NCBI GenBank assembly: GCA_963846575.1
Contig: CAWJWJ010000002.1
Span: 928,001-992,000, forward strand
Direction: 5' to 3'
DNA: 64,000 nucleotides
DNA from: an uncultured Nitrospiraceae bacterium
GTDB lineage: Bacteria; Nitrospirota; Nitrospiria; Nitrospirales; Nitrospiraceae
The translations under genes were made by a program, and so were the position numbers. Shown here piece by piece: positions 51,278 through 61,399 of the stretch. The notes below the pieces were generated by a model, which was not told the DNA's origin, made no database searches, and saw only the letters and a list, made by a program, of their open reading frames with translations. Positions within the stretch are counted from its first letter, which is position 1. Every line of letters begins with the position of its first letter.

Positions 51278-53072
51278 ATGGAGGGTGGTATGATCGCACC
51301 GACTTCTACTACCATAACCAAGTTGCTGCTGGTTTTGTCGTTGCTATCCACCGGTGGTTGTTTAATATGGGATCGCCCTCATCAACTAAACTCATTCCGT
51401 AGTTACATCGGTACAAATAAAGAACACCTCGACCTCTCACCGGTATGTGCTTCGAACGCCAGGCCCAAACACTTTGTGCTCCTTCATGGCATTTATGGGG
51501 ATGGTAAGACCTTTGGAAGGCTTCCCGAATTGTTAACTACACAGTCAAATTACGCGTGCGCGAAGTCTGTCCACATCATGGACTACTGGAGTAGCAGGTT
51601 CTTTCCTAACTTTCAGAGACTGGAAGATTTGGGTAACGCCTTTGAATCAAACCTACGGGAGATAGCTAACAGAGGTTCGGATGAGGACATTTTTATCATA
51701 GCGCACAGTCAAGGAGGATTGATCGCAAGACATGCGATTGCAGCGCTCGCCTCGGATCCTGCTGCGAAAGATATTGTGAATAGGATCACTCTCATAATGA
51801 TTGGAACACCCAATCTTCCATCTGCTTATGCCACCCTGAATAACGCTTTTGTGAATTCGGTACTGTTTCCCGCAACCTATGGCTTTGCCTTGCTTCAAAC
51901 ATTTGTTAAACCGGTAGTAAAAGAGCAGCACGCCCTGATCTACAACAGACAAGCTTTCGATATGGCGGACAATGGACTATTTTCGGGTAGGCAATGTCGC
52001 CCTTCATGGAATCATTGACGTTGAAATGGACTGAGTTGTTCTATTTGTTGAATGGCACCTCTCCTAAGCCAAAAGTTTACTCTATTTTGGCGTGTACGAT
52101 CTTTTTAATGCTTTAGCATTAAGCGATGGAGTAGTGCACTCGACAAGTTCACTGTATGCTGGAGTGCCACGAGAGAACACTTACCATGTGCCGTACAGAC
52201 ACTTCGGCCAAGAAGCTTATGTCACAGGGGTCTCGCACTATACCTTTCAAGCCCTCGAATGTATTTTTTCGGGAGGAGGGATAAACCCACGAATGTGTCC
52301 GCCAAATGCGTCTGGCGAAAGACCTCTGTTCTCAGGAGACCTATCACCATTTCGAGATCTATCCATTGCGTTTGTAACCTTTGTGGAAGAAGTTCCTGGT
52401 CCATCGTCTAAAACTCACAAAGGTCCCGATGGTCTCACGCAATTAGAAGAGCGTCCTTCTGATCCGGTTGTGTTACGCAATTTTGAGATAGACGATGGTG
52501 CATTTGCTCCAATGCATCTCGGCAAGCAAATGAGAGCAGCGATGGCGGTGGAATCCCGTCCATTTGAGGGGGGAATTGTGAATGGACTCTGGAATGCTTT
52601 TGAGCCCTGGCTGCTAATAGCGCCTTCTGTACTTCACAGTTTCGGTGATGTGGCGGTTCAGAGTCTAGAGCGGCGAGGATCAAACACTCCCAAATTGAGG
52701 CTCCTGGGACAGCCCCACCTGTTATATGCCGGTGAGCGAGCCGGCGAGATCGAATTCACACTTAATGTTGGAACGGCGGGTTGGTTGGGTTTGGGCCAAG
52801 AGACGAAAAGCAGCAAAATAAAGTTTTATGTCAACGATGATTCCAGCTTTTCCCATGCTGGATGCGAAGTTAAATATAGGTTGATATGGAGTTCTAAAGA
52901 AGCAATCGAACCGCTAAATTCTAATCAATATGCAATTGCTTTGGTTGAGAACGCCCCGAACTTTATCAAAATTGACATTAATGACGAGGAGATAGTGTTA
53001 AGGAATCTCGCCTGCAATAAAGGACATGGTATGATTGCTGGCGACGGCTTGCCCCTGTCGCAGAATCGTTAA
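51278..53072 (+). pseudogene. Alpha/beta-hydrolase lipoprotein, frameshifted near 51990 and 52090
   Basis: Lipobox TGGC, LLHGI, AHSQGG, GTPN, later SDGVV and H; a bridging frame is readable between the two ORFs. Confidence 0.7.
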
Positions 53073-53974
53073 GGATTAATGGTTGTCGGGATTAACTGCT
53101 CTTTTCATATCAGCCCCAGCTCTTCATGGCGATGCTGCACCGCTTGCAGATTAGGCGATTAAGTCAAGTCACTGGTTCTGCTGCGTTTCGCGTAGGATTC
53201 GATGGATGTAAGCAGCCGAATTAGGGTCCTTCGAGAGATGAACCCCTGCTGCAATAAGGTCTCTACATGGGCAGACGCCCTGTGGGCCTGATGACTGATG
53301 AGGTCCTGCTGATTAATAGTGTCGAGGTTTTGAAATTGATGGATGCCTGGAACGCAGTTAAACATTAGCATCGCTTTGATTGGCAATCGATATTGTTTTA
53401 GACACTTATGACCACGCATTGCAGATCCGGCCAGCTAGTGACTCGGCCGACTGCATCTGGTCTATCGCCAAATAAACACGCCTTAGTAACTCTTTCGCTT
53501 CAGACGGCCTGAGATCCACCGCATCGACAAGCTCCAACACATGATCGATCAGATACTGCTCCTCTTTGGTGTTGGGAGGAGGCCCCGGCACAATGACCTT
53601 CCCGTTCGCTCTCCGTATCGTTTGCGTAACTCAGGCACCATATCGTGAACCTCATGTTTCGTGCAGATGCCTTTCCGTCAATTAATGAATCGCCTCCATT
53701 CCCCACATATTGGCAAGCATCCCTTCTTCTTTTGTACCAGTCTCTCGGGGGGTTAAACGATCAGCCATTCTTCATCCTTTTTCCCTGCGGATTCTAGCAA
53801 TCGCTAGCTTGCCACATACAGCCATCAAGCTAAGTCTCGTGCAACGGCCTTAGAACACACCTACGAAAACCGAAGCGCCATGCCTAGCAGGGAACGTGTC
53901 TTTTCTATTCTCTAACAACACGCCGATATAACATAGCGTGTCCGCCTAGCCGTTAAGAAGGGAGCACTCTTCCT

Positions 53975-54784
53975 ATGTCTGATCCAGCCTGGGATATCAA
54001 TCGGCAACCTCGTGGATCACCGTTCAAAGCCCCGCCGCTGCGGTTGCCAGGACAGTCAGTGGATGAACGTATAAGCATCCTTCACGCCAGAATTGATGAT
54101 CTCTTGGTAATCCCGTTGTGCTTCGTCGTGGTCGCCGGATATGGCTGGATTCAGTGGTGGACAGGGCGTCCGTTACACCCACTGATTCTCACCGCCGTGG
54201 CAATCATCGCCGTAGCATGTGCATGGATAAAACTACGGCCCATTAGGCGGGCCGTGAAGAAGCTTAAGCTCGGTCGAGACGGTGAACGGATCGTGGGACA
54301 GATGCTCGAACAGTTACGAGGAAATGGATACCGCGTGTTTCACGACATTCCTGGGCCATCGTTCAATATCGACCATGTCATAGTGGGGCCAGCGGGTATC
54401 TTTTCCATCGAGACGAAAGCGCGAACTAAGCCAATACGTGGTCGGGGGAAGATTATCTACGATGGCGATACAGTTCAGATAGAAGGGAAAGGGGCAGTGG
54501 ATGCACCGTTGAATCAAGTGCGGGCACAAGCGCACTGGCTGGCTGCTCTACTCAATGACGGTCATGTCTCGAAGCACAGAGTTCGACCGGTGCTAGTGTT
54601 TCCTGAGTGGTACATTGAGTGGACCGGTCCACGTCTGGGCAGGAATGACGTGTGGGTGCTCAATCCGAAGGCGCTCGCCAGGTTCCTCGAACACGAGCCG
54701 CACATTCTCTCGCCCGCGATAGTTGAAATGGTGGCGCACATCCTTTCGCTATACTGCCGCCAGTCCATGAGAGAGTCGGCTTGA
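53975..54784 (+). CDS. Membrane-anchored NERD (PD-(D/E)xK nuclease-like) protein
   Basis: Two TM helices, G.DGE, NIDHVIVGPAGIFSIETK. Confidence 0.9.
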   Translation: MSDPAWDINRQPRGSPFKAPPLRLPGQSVDERISILHARIDDLLVIPLCFVVVAGYGWIQWWTGRPLHPLILTAVAIIAVACAWIKLRPIRRAVKKLKLGRDGERIVGQMLEQLRGNGYRVFHDIPGPSFNIDHVIVGPAGIFSIETKARTKPIRGRGKIIYDGDTVQIEGKGAVDAPLNQVRAQAHWLAALLNDGHVSKHRVRPVLVFPEWYIEWTGPRLGRNDVWVLNPKALARFLEHEPHILSPAIVEMVAHILSLYCRQSMRESA

Positions 54785-54962
54785 GATGCTTTCTAGGTTG
54801 GTGCTGGATCGCCTATTACCGCCGCCGGAGGGGCGATTTGGATGGAGAAGGAGACTGAGCCCGTAAGGTGGACCCTGCTGACACTTCCCATTAGGTTGGC
54901 CCCCGCTGGCGAATGGCACTTCTGTTTGGCCGTTTATAAGAATTCGGGTATCATCCAGTTAC

Positions 54963-55691
54963 ATGCTGAAAGGGAAACTATACCTTGCCTATTCAGGCGA
55001 AGTCCCTCGTGATTCATCTCAAGCACTTCTATTAAAACGCGCTTGGGAGTCTGTTCGGCGAAATTCAGGCTTCCAGCGAGACTGCCGTCTTTTAACTTCC
55101 AATCGGTCCGATCCCTCAGGAAAACTCAAAGAACAGTTTATGCGTAAGTGGGGTGTTGCATTAGCTGATCCCGCGAAGTCATTCGAAGATATAGTGGGCG
55201 GGGCGGCAATAGTGCTCTTGCATGACACGAATACATTTAGCGATGCGTACCTACGTTTATATGGCGATACCATCTATGGGGAAGACAAGGTGGTTCAATG
55301 TGACCAGTACCACAATCTCTATCACTTACTTGGGGCAGAGGACTTCAAACGCCTAAGCTCCATTGCTACAGGGCAGAGCACACACAGCGGGCCTATTGAA
55401 ACGCTTCAGGATGGTTCGTCCATTCCTCGGCAGATCCACCTGTCGATAGACGTGGACCAGAACCCTGTAGCCATTTTATATAAGATACAACTCATCATCA
55501 GAGCGTTGCGAGAAGCAAGGGCTTTAGCGGGTAAAACGCCTCATCTTGCTCCGCGAACTAAACAGCAACTCGCAGGTATAGCAGAACAACTGGATCTTGT
55601 CGGCGATGGCCGACGAGATTTCAGCAAAGACGATACGACCTTCCGCGTGTGGGATTTATCGCAAGAGGGTAAAACGAAACGTATGAGATAG
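54963..55691 (+). CDS. Hypothetical protein, possibly frameshifted at the 3' end
   Basis: 242-aa open frame; no family recognised. Confidence 0.55.
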   Translation: MLKGKLYLAYSGEVPRDSSQALLLKRAWESVRRNSGFQRDCRLLTSNRSDPSGKLKEQFMRKWGVALADPAKSFEDIVGGAAIVLLHDTNTFSDAYLRLYGDTIYGEDKVVQCDQYHNLYHLLGAEDFKRLSSIATGQSTHSGPIETLQDGSSIPRQIHLSIDVDQNPVAILYKIQLIIRALREARALAGKTPHLAPRTKQQLAGIAEQLDLVGDGRRDFSKDDTTFRVWDLSQEGKTKRMR

Positions 55692-56487
55692 CCCGGATGG
55701 TATGGCCCGATCAGTATGATCCCAATGAGGGAGTCCGTGACGCGGCGGGCGATAGAACTACGATAGGGAAGCGAGTTTACGAGTATAAGAAGCGGGCTAA
55801 TGACTGGATTAAGCTCTACGGGAAGCTCATAAAGGACGAAAATGAGCGTTCCCTGCAGCAATAAAACAACGACTTTTTTTGTACCCTGGCGGCTTCCTCT
55901 AAGCCGTTTTATCTTCTTGAGAGCCGAGGCTGGCGTTGATGCTGGTCTCGGCTTTTCTGTTTCTGGGCTAGTAACTCGAAGGGAGGGATAAGTTGTCGGA
56001 TCAAGAAAAACAAGGTTTCCCCGGTACCGTATGCCCACAGTGTGGGTACTAGGGGGAACCTCTAGAGGCACTCTATTTCCTAGACGTGGCCGCTGCACTT
56101 ATCCCCATGACCTACGACAGCCTGAGGAAGTTCCTGTCTAGGCACCGGGCCGAGTTTCCTGCCCGATACGGCAGATGGCAAGACGAGACGACGACAACGG
56201 CTCCTGACAGGTGCGGAGATTAGGCGCATCAGGGAGCGTCTGGTAGAGCCCCCAAGACGGACACCCTGGACGATGTGTTCCGACGAGGCATTGTCTCCGC
56301 GGAAGAGAACGTTGATGAAACGAAAGGGAATTCTGATTGATGGAGTCGGGGAGTGTGACCTTAACCTGTGACTAGGAGGTGTGCAATGGACGAAAGTTAG
56401 ACTGATCGACGACGCAATAGAGCGTAGAGGGGAACATCGGGTGTGCCTGGTTGAACCCGGGCGAAGCCCATAACACAAGTAAACGAC

Positions 56488-57531
56488 GTGAAAGGAGCAG
56501 CATGCAGAACAGTAAACGATTCACTTTCTATTCACCCTATAAGGCAGGTACCCGTGACGAAAGCGAAATTTAATCCGATGACGGCGTCAGAGTTGATTGA
56601 CATGGATATGGAGGAGGAAATCGAGTGGGTTTGGGAAGACTATTTCCCGGCTGGGGGGCTGGTGATCTTGGCCGCCAAGCCAAAGGTAGGCAAGAGCACA
56701 CTGGCCTATCAGTTAATCGTGAAGATCGCAAAAGGAGAGCCGTTTTTGGAGCGTTCAACCAAGCAGGGAGGCGTTCTCATCGTGGCTTTGGAAGAACACC
56801 TTCGGGATGTGAGGCTGAGGCTCAAGGAGTTGGATGGGAGGCTGGATAATATCTTCATCCATTCTGGCAGCTTAGTGCCGAATAGTGACACTCTGCTGGC
56901 GATTGAAATATTTGCGCTAGAGCGCGGGGTGAATCTCATTGTAATCGACACACTCGCCATGTTTTGGCGGCTCCAAGATGAAAGTGATGTGTCGGCTATG
57001 ACGAGGGAGATTAAGCCTTTGTTAGAGCTCGCACGCAATACAGGAGCATGCGTGGTGCTTATTCATCACTTTCGGAAGTCCGAGGGAAGCGGTGGTGATG
57101 AGATCCGTGGTTCCATCGCCTTGATGGGTGCCGTGGACATAGCGTTGGGGTTGTATCCGCAAGGGGGAGGTAATCGGCGAGAATTGAAGAAATTAGGAAG
57201 CCGATACAGCGAAACATCATCTGAATTGACCGTCGAGCTAAAAGACGGTGAGTACGTGGTGGTGGATATTGACCTTCAGAGCTCCGAGGCTGAAGAGAAA
57301 CGTCTGGCGGGCGCGCTGACCTCAGAGCCGCAGGATATTGAGAGCCTGGCAAAGGCAGCGGGTGTGCCGCGAAGTAGGGTCTACAAGCAGATGAAGCGCC
57401 TGGTGGACCAGGGGCTGGCTCAACTCCACGGGGAGGGCGTTAAAGGCAGCCCTCATACCTACACAGCAGTCGTGCCAGATTCTCTTTCTGTTCCACCATC
57501 CTTCCTTAGAGAAAGAAGAGAGAGAGCATAG
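56488..57531 (+). CDS. RecA-family AAA_25 (RepA-like helicase) with C-terminal HTH
   Basis: Walker A AKPKVGKS, LIVIDTL, LIHHFRK, RGS; start probably 56554 or 56578. Confidence 0.88.
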   Translation: MKGAACRTVNDSLSIHPIRQVPVTKAKFNPMTASELIDMDMEEEIEWVWEDYFPAGGLVILAAKPKVGKSTLAYQLIVKIAKGEPFLERSTKQGGVLIVALEEHLRDVRLRLKELDGRLDNIFIHSGSLVPNSDTLLAIEIFALERGVNLIVIDTLAMFWRLQDESDVSAMTREIKPLLELARNTGACVVLIHHFRKSEGSGGDEIRGSIALMGAVDIALGLYPQGGGNRRELKKLGSRYSETSSELTVELKDGEYVVVDIDLQSSEAEEKRLAGALTSEPQDIESLAKAAGVPRSRVYKQMKRLVDQGLAQLHGEGVKGSPHTYTAVVPDSLSVPPSFLRERRERA

Positions 57532-57769
57532 TGTCGAAGCGGTAGTAGCAGGGTAGAGATACCCTCGTGACTCTCGCCTGGGAGCAATTAGTAGTCTCAG
57601 GCGAGCGCGAGGTCCCACATTAACTAAAGGAGATCAAAATTCGTCAGCACGGCAAGCAATATGGGCATCGGGGAGGGCAGGTAGGGAGCGATTACTACGA
57701 CAAGGGGAAAGGCCGTTTGCGGGAGCCGGTTCTTATACGTCGATCAGGGAAGCCGCAAACTGGGCGGGG

Positions 57770-57955
57770 GTGTCGCCTCGGACAATGATGCGGTGGGTAG
57801 ACCAGGGATTGCCTCACTACCAAGCTAGACCAAGAGCAAAGGTGTTGGTACGGCCTGAAGATGTTGACGCCTTTCTTCAAAAGCAGCAGGTGCCACAAAT
57901 GGATCTTGATGCATTGGTCGAGGAGGTCATGCAGGGGCTCACCACCAAAAACTGA
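57770..57955 (+). CDS. Excisionase-like HTH protein; N-terminus likely frameshifted
   Basis: GVSPRTMMRWVDQGLP...VRPEDVDAFL. Confidence 0.75.
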   Translation: MSPRTMMRWVDQGLPHYQARPRAKVLVRPEDVDAFLQKQQVPQMDLDALVEEVMQGLTTKN

Positions 57956-58042
57956 CAGGGAGGGCGGTTCCGTGCGGTGCCGCCCTTCTTTCAAATATTG
58001 CATGGATATGACTGAACGATGCACAGAGCGGGTTCAGGCACA

Positions 58043-58231
58043 TCAGCCCTTTGATTTCGGCAGCACGCCCTTGCGCTCAAGTTCAGTGACATGGCTCTCC
58101 AACAGCTCCTTTAGATACGCAGGAAAGCCTTTTCCTGTCAGCGCGGCAGCAGCCCGGAGCTTTCTTACTGTCTCTGGTGGGATCCCCCTTACCAAGAGCG
58201 CCGGAGCTTCTTGGCGTTTCTGTGTTGTCAT
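58043..58231 (-). CDS. Small ribbon-helix-helix-like regulator
   Basis: LLVRGIPPETVRKLRAAAALTG...YLKELLE; divergent from the integrase. Confidence 0.7.
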   Translation of the reverse strand: MTTQKRQEAPALLVRGIPPETVRKLRAAAALTGKGFPAYLKELLESHVTELERKGVLPKSKG

Positions 58232-58331
58232 TTGCCAGGAAGCTAGCACAGGACGCCCCTGATTGCCACGTGATCTTGCAAAGCTATCTATGATATCATT
58301 GAAATCATATCTTATTAAGGAGGTGAACGTT

Positions 58332-59504
58332 ATGAGTGTCAAACTCCGAGAACGCCCGGGTAAAGGTTGGTTCGTAATGACAGATTGGAAGGGCCAACGG
58401 AAGTCAAACGCGTTTGGGAATAACAAGAAAGGAGCTCAAGAGTTTGCCCTGGAAGCTAGAGGCTCGGCTGAAGCGGGCGGAAGCCAGTGGTGAGCCTATC
58501 TTTCTTTCACAGCCGAATCAAAGCATGCCGACTGTGAAGGAGTATCTAATTGAGTGGTTAGAAACCCATGCGAGGGTTCACTGCAAGCCTTCCACTTATC
58601 GTGGTTATAGGCGAGCCATTGAAAAGCATCTAATCCCCACTTTCGGGGACAGACCATTGCATCTTCTGAAGCGTGAGGAAGTAAAACGATTCATCGCTAT
58701 TCAGATTGGCGAGGGAAAGGCGAGGGGGACCATTCAGAATTATCTCGTTCCGCTAAAGGCTGCTTTTAACCAAGCCAAAGAAGACGGTCTGGTTGTCACG
58801 AATCCAGCGGAACGATTGGGCAAACTCTTACAGCCGTCACATGATCGACGGGAGGAGATGCAGCCACTTACGTCTGGGGAAGTTCACACACTGCTAACAG
58901 TGGCTCAAACGCAATATCCATCTCTGTACCCGATACTACTTTGTGCTGTTCGTACAGGGATGAGGCAGGGTGAGCTGATTGGCCTCCAATGGGGAGATCT
59001 GGATATTCGTGGGCAGTTCATCGATGTTCGCCGCGGTGTTGTTTTAGGAGAAGTCACAACGACAAAAAGTAAGAAAATAAGACGCGTCCATATCAGTCCC
59101 CAACTGCTCGGCGTCCTTCAACGCATAAAAGAGATTCGCCAGTTGGAAGCCATGAGTGAGGATAAAGAGCTGTCCGAATGGATTTTTCTATCGCCTGAGG
59201 GACTACGCTGGGATGATCGAAATCTTAGGCGCGGGTTTTATCGTTGCCTAGACAAGGCAGGGATCAGGAAAGTTCGGTTCCATGATCTGAGGCATACCTA
59301 TGCGTCCTTAATGGCCGAAGCCGGTGCCCCGCCTAAGTTTGTTCAGCAGCAACTTGGGCATTCCTCTCTTTCCAGGTCACGATGGATATCTATTCGCATC
59401 TTTTCCCAGATGGAAACCGAGATTGGGTCGCCAAGCTAGATGTTCCAGTAACAGACACTCCCCTGATGGGGCGAATCCGCAACCCAGCCGCAACCGCAAC
59501 CTGA
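58332..59504 (+). pseudogene. Tyrosine integrase with two frameshifts (near 58450 and 59371)
   Basis: GGAGG RBS; TGMRQGE, HDLRHTYAS, LGHSS; catalytic TMDIYSH lies in a shifted frame. Confidence 0.9.
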
Positions 59505-59525
59505 ACCAATCGAATTGGCGCAACC
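59478..59525 (+). repeat. Four CGCAACC direct repeats, candidate integrase arm sites
   Basis: Copies at 59478, 59489, 59495, 59519, next to the att core. Confidence 0.6.
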
Positions 59526-59537
59526 TAACTAGCTGGA

Positions 59538-59573
59538 ATGAGTCCGCTGCTCTACCAACTGAGCTACACCGCC
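59538..59573 (-). tRNA. 5' half (nt 1-36) of tRNA-Met(CAT); 3' half not restored
   Basis: Minus strand GGCGGTGTAGCTCAGTTGGTAGAGCAGCGGACTCAT, then non-tRNA sequence; acceptor strand pairs with the 30796 fragment. Confidence 0.92.
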
Positions 59574-60459
59574 ACTTTATGAGGCTTACTCGAGAGGGGG
59601 AACGCAAGTGAACCGCAATAATAGCCGAAGACGAGTTGAAGTGTCTACCGATTGACCGAGGAAAACTGCGTCAAGAGACTGCCCAGGTTGAAAAGAGCAG
59701 CCGCCTCTCTGGTAGGGGCTGGTGAGTGAAGCCCGTCGACTTCCGGTCCGCCAAGCAGGGTCGTCCTCACTTGGCAGGGAACTGCCTCTCAGGCTACCGA
59801 TGCTTTTCCTTGTTCCGTCTGACCAGTGGTTACAGTGACTGGATTGCGAGCCGTGCGCAGCGCGGCATCGAGGGCCGTTGCCTCGGAGAGGGAGGCCGGT
59901 TCATCGATGAATGTCCGAATCTTCAGTGGGGTCTACCTCTTCACGTGCCGGGCAGAATCGCTCGGAATCCATTCACCGGCCGTCTTCGGATGTCACGGTA
60001 CCTGCCTGAGCCGTTCCTCCGCGCAGATAGAAGAACGATCCGGCCGCCACCCGGAGGTGTTCACAAGGGAGACCTCCCCGCAAAGGGCTCTGGCGGGATC
60101 CATCAAGGTGAGCCGCTCATGCCAGTTTTCTCAGGATGGAAGAAGCGGGTGGAAGTCTATAAACTGGCTGAGCGCATGGACTAGGGTCCAGTGACGAGAT
60201 CCAAAACCTTGCTCGTCGGCACCCGTCAATCTTGAGGCTGTGAATTCGAGCCGCACGATTAGATAGGCATGGAGGGATCTCGTTATCCGGCACGAGATGT
60301 TTCGCATCCTGGGCCCGGATCGGGCGCGGCGGTCCCACATGTCCCTTAATAAGTGGAGCCGTCTGCGTCGCGGTTCGATCTGCTCGCACAGATGCTCGCG
60401 CCCCTGGACGTGATTTCGCGGACGGTGGCGCGTCGAACGACTGAAAGGAGAGCTGTATT

Positions 60460-61386
60460 ATGACCGTAGTATCCATGGACAGTGTCCTGCCCTGGTTGTT
60501 GAGCATGTCGGCGGCGGTGGGCATCGCCATTCTGCGAGTCGGACTGGTGATCGTAGTCGGGTATGTCGCCATTCGTTTCGTCCGCTTGGGCTTGCAACAG
60601 TTGGAACGGGTGATGATCGTGACCAGCGCCCTTCCCGATCAACAGTCGGGGACTGCCCAGAAGCGCGCCGCGACCCTGACCGGAATTCTCAAGACCATTG
60701 CGATGACCGCGATCTGGGCCATCGTCGTCATCGAATCGCTGCACTTCGTGGGGCTGGACGTCGCGCCGATCCTTGCCGGTGCGGGCATCCTGGGTCTGGC
60801 CGTCGGCTTTGGCGCACAAAACCTGGTCCGGGACCTCATCAGCGGGTTCTTCATCATTCTTGAGGATCAGATCCGGCTGGGAGACGTCGCCGTGATCAAC
60901 GGAACCGGAGGACTGGTGGAGATCATCACATTCCGGACCATCTCATTGCGGGATTTTTCCGGGGTGGTGCACATCTTTCCCAACGGGGCGATCAACACAC
61001 TCTCGAACATGACGAAAGATTGGTCTGCGTTTGTGCTGGATATGGGAGTGGCCTACCATGAAGATACGGACCGGGTGGTCGAGGTCATGAAGAGGGTCGG
61101 CGAAGAACTCCGCAGTGATCTCACATTCGGCCCGAAGATGATTGAGCCCATCGAAGTGGTGGGTGTGGAGAATTTTGCCGACTCTGCCGTGACGGTGCGC
61201 GCGCGCATCAAAACCAAACCGCTGGAGCAATGGAACATCGGACGGGAATACCGGCGCCGCCTGAAGCAGGCCTTCGATGCGCAAGGCATCGAAATTCCTT
61301 TCCCATACCGGACATTGGTCATGAGCGATACTCCCGGCCCGTTCAAGGTCGAAGTGGTGGCCGGCTCAAGCGGAGTGCAGGCTTAA
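60460..61386 (+). CDS. mscS: Small-conductance mechanosensitive channel family protein
   Basis: AGAGILGLAVGFGAQNLVRDLISG, FPNG, GIEIPFP. Confidence 0.92.
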   Translation: MTVVSMDSVLPWLLSMSAAVGIAILRVGLVIVVGYVAIRFVRLGLQQLERVMIVTSALPDQQSGTAQKRAATLTGILKTIAMTAIWAIVVIESLHFVGLDVAPILAGAGILGLAVGFGAQNLVRDLISGFFIILEDQIRLGDVAVINGTGGLVEIITFRTISLRDFSGVVHIFPNGAINTLSNMTKDWSAFVLDMGVAYHEDTDRVVEVMKRVGEELRSDLTFGPKMIEPIEVVGVENFADSAVTVRARIKTKPLEQWNIGREYRRRLKQAFDAQGIEIPFPYRTLVMSDTPGPFKVEVVAGSSGVQA

Positions 61387-61399
61387 CCGGGGATACTTC

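Larger units (their letters stand above)
30843..59537. mobile_element. Integrative genomic island (~28.7 kb) at tRNA-Met
   Basis: Bounded by tRNA halves sharing ATGAGTC; tyrosine integrase at the right end; visibly lower-GC cargo; IS elements. Confidence 0.88.

Noticed and set aside
53159..53591. Small minus-strand ORF pair as a toxin-antitoxin system
   Set aside because: No recognisable toxin or antitoxin motifs
59480..59537. Group I intron or trans-spliced tRNA explanation for the split after anticodon nt 36
   Set aside because: The 3' fragment is preceded by duplicated GACTCAT rather than a terminal G, and I see no group I core. The 11/15 complementarity between flanks (30870-30884 and 59521-59535) is better explained as att-associated DNA motifs
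59574..60459. ORFs or ncRNA between the tRNA half and mscS
   Set aside because: No recognisable motif, RBS or structure
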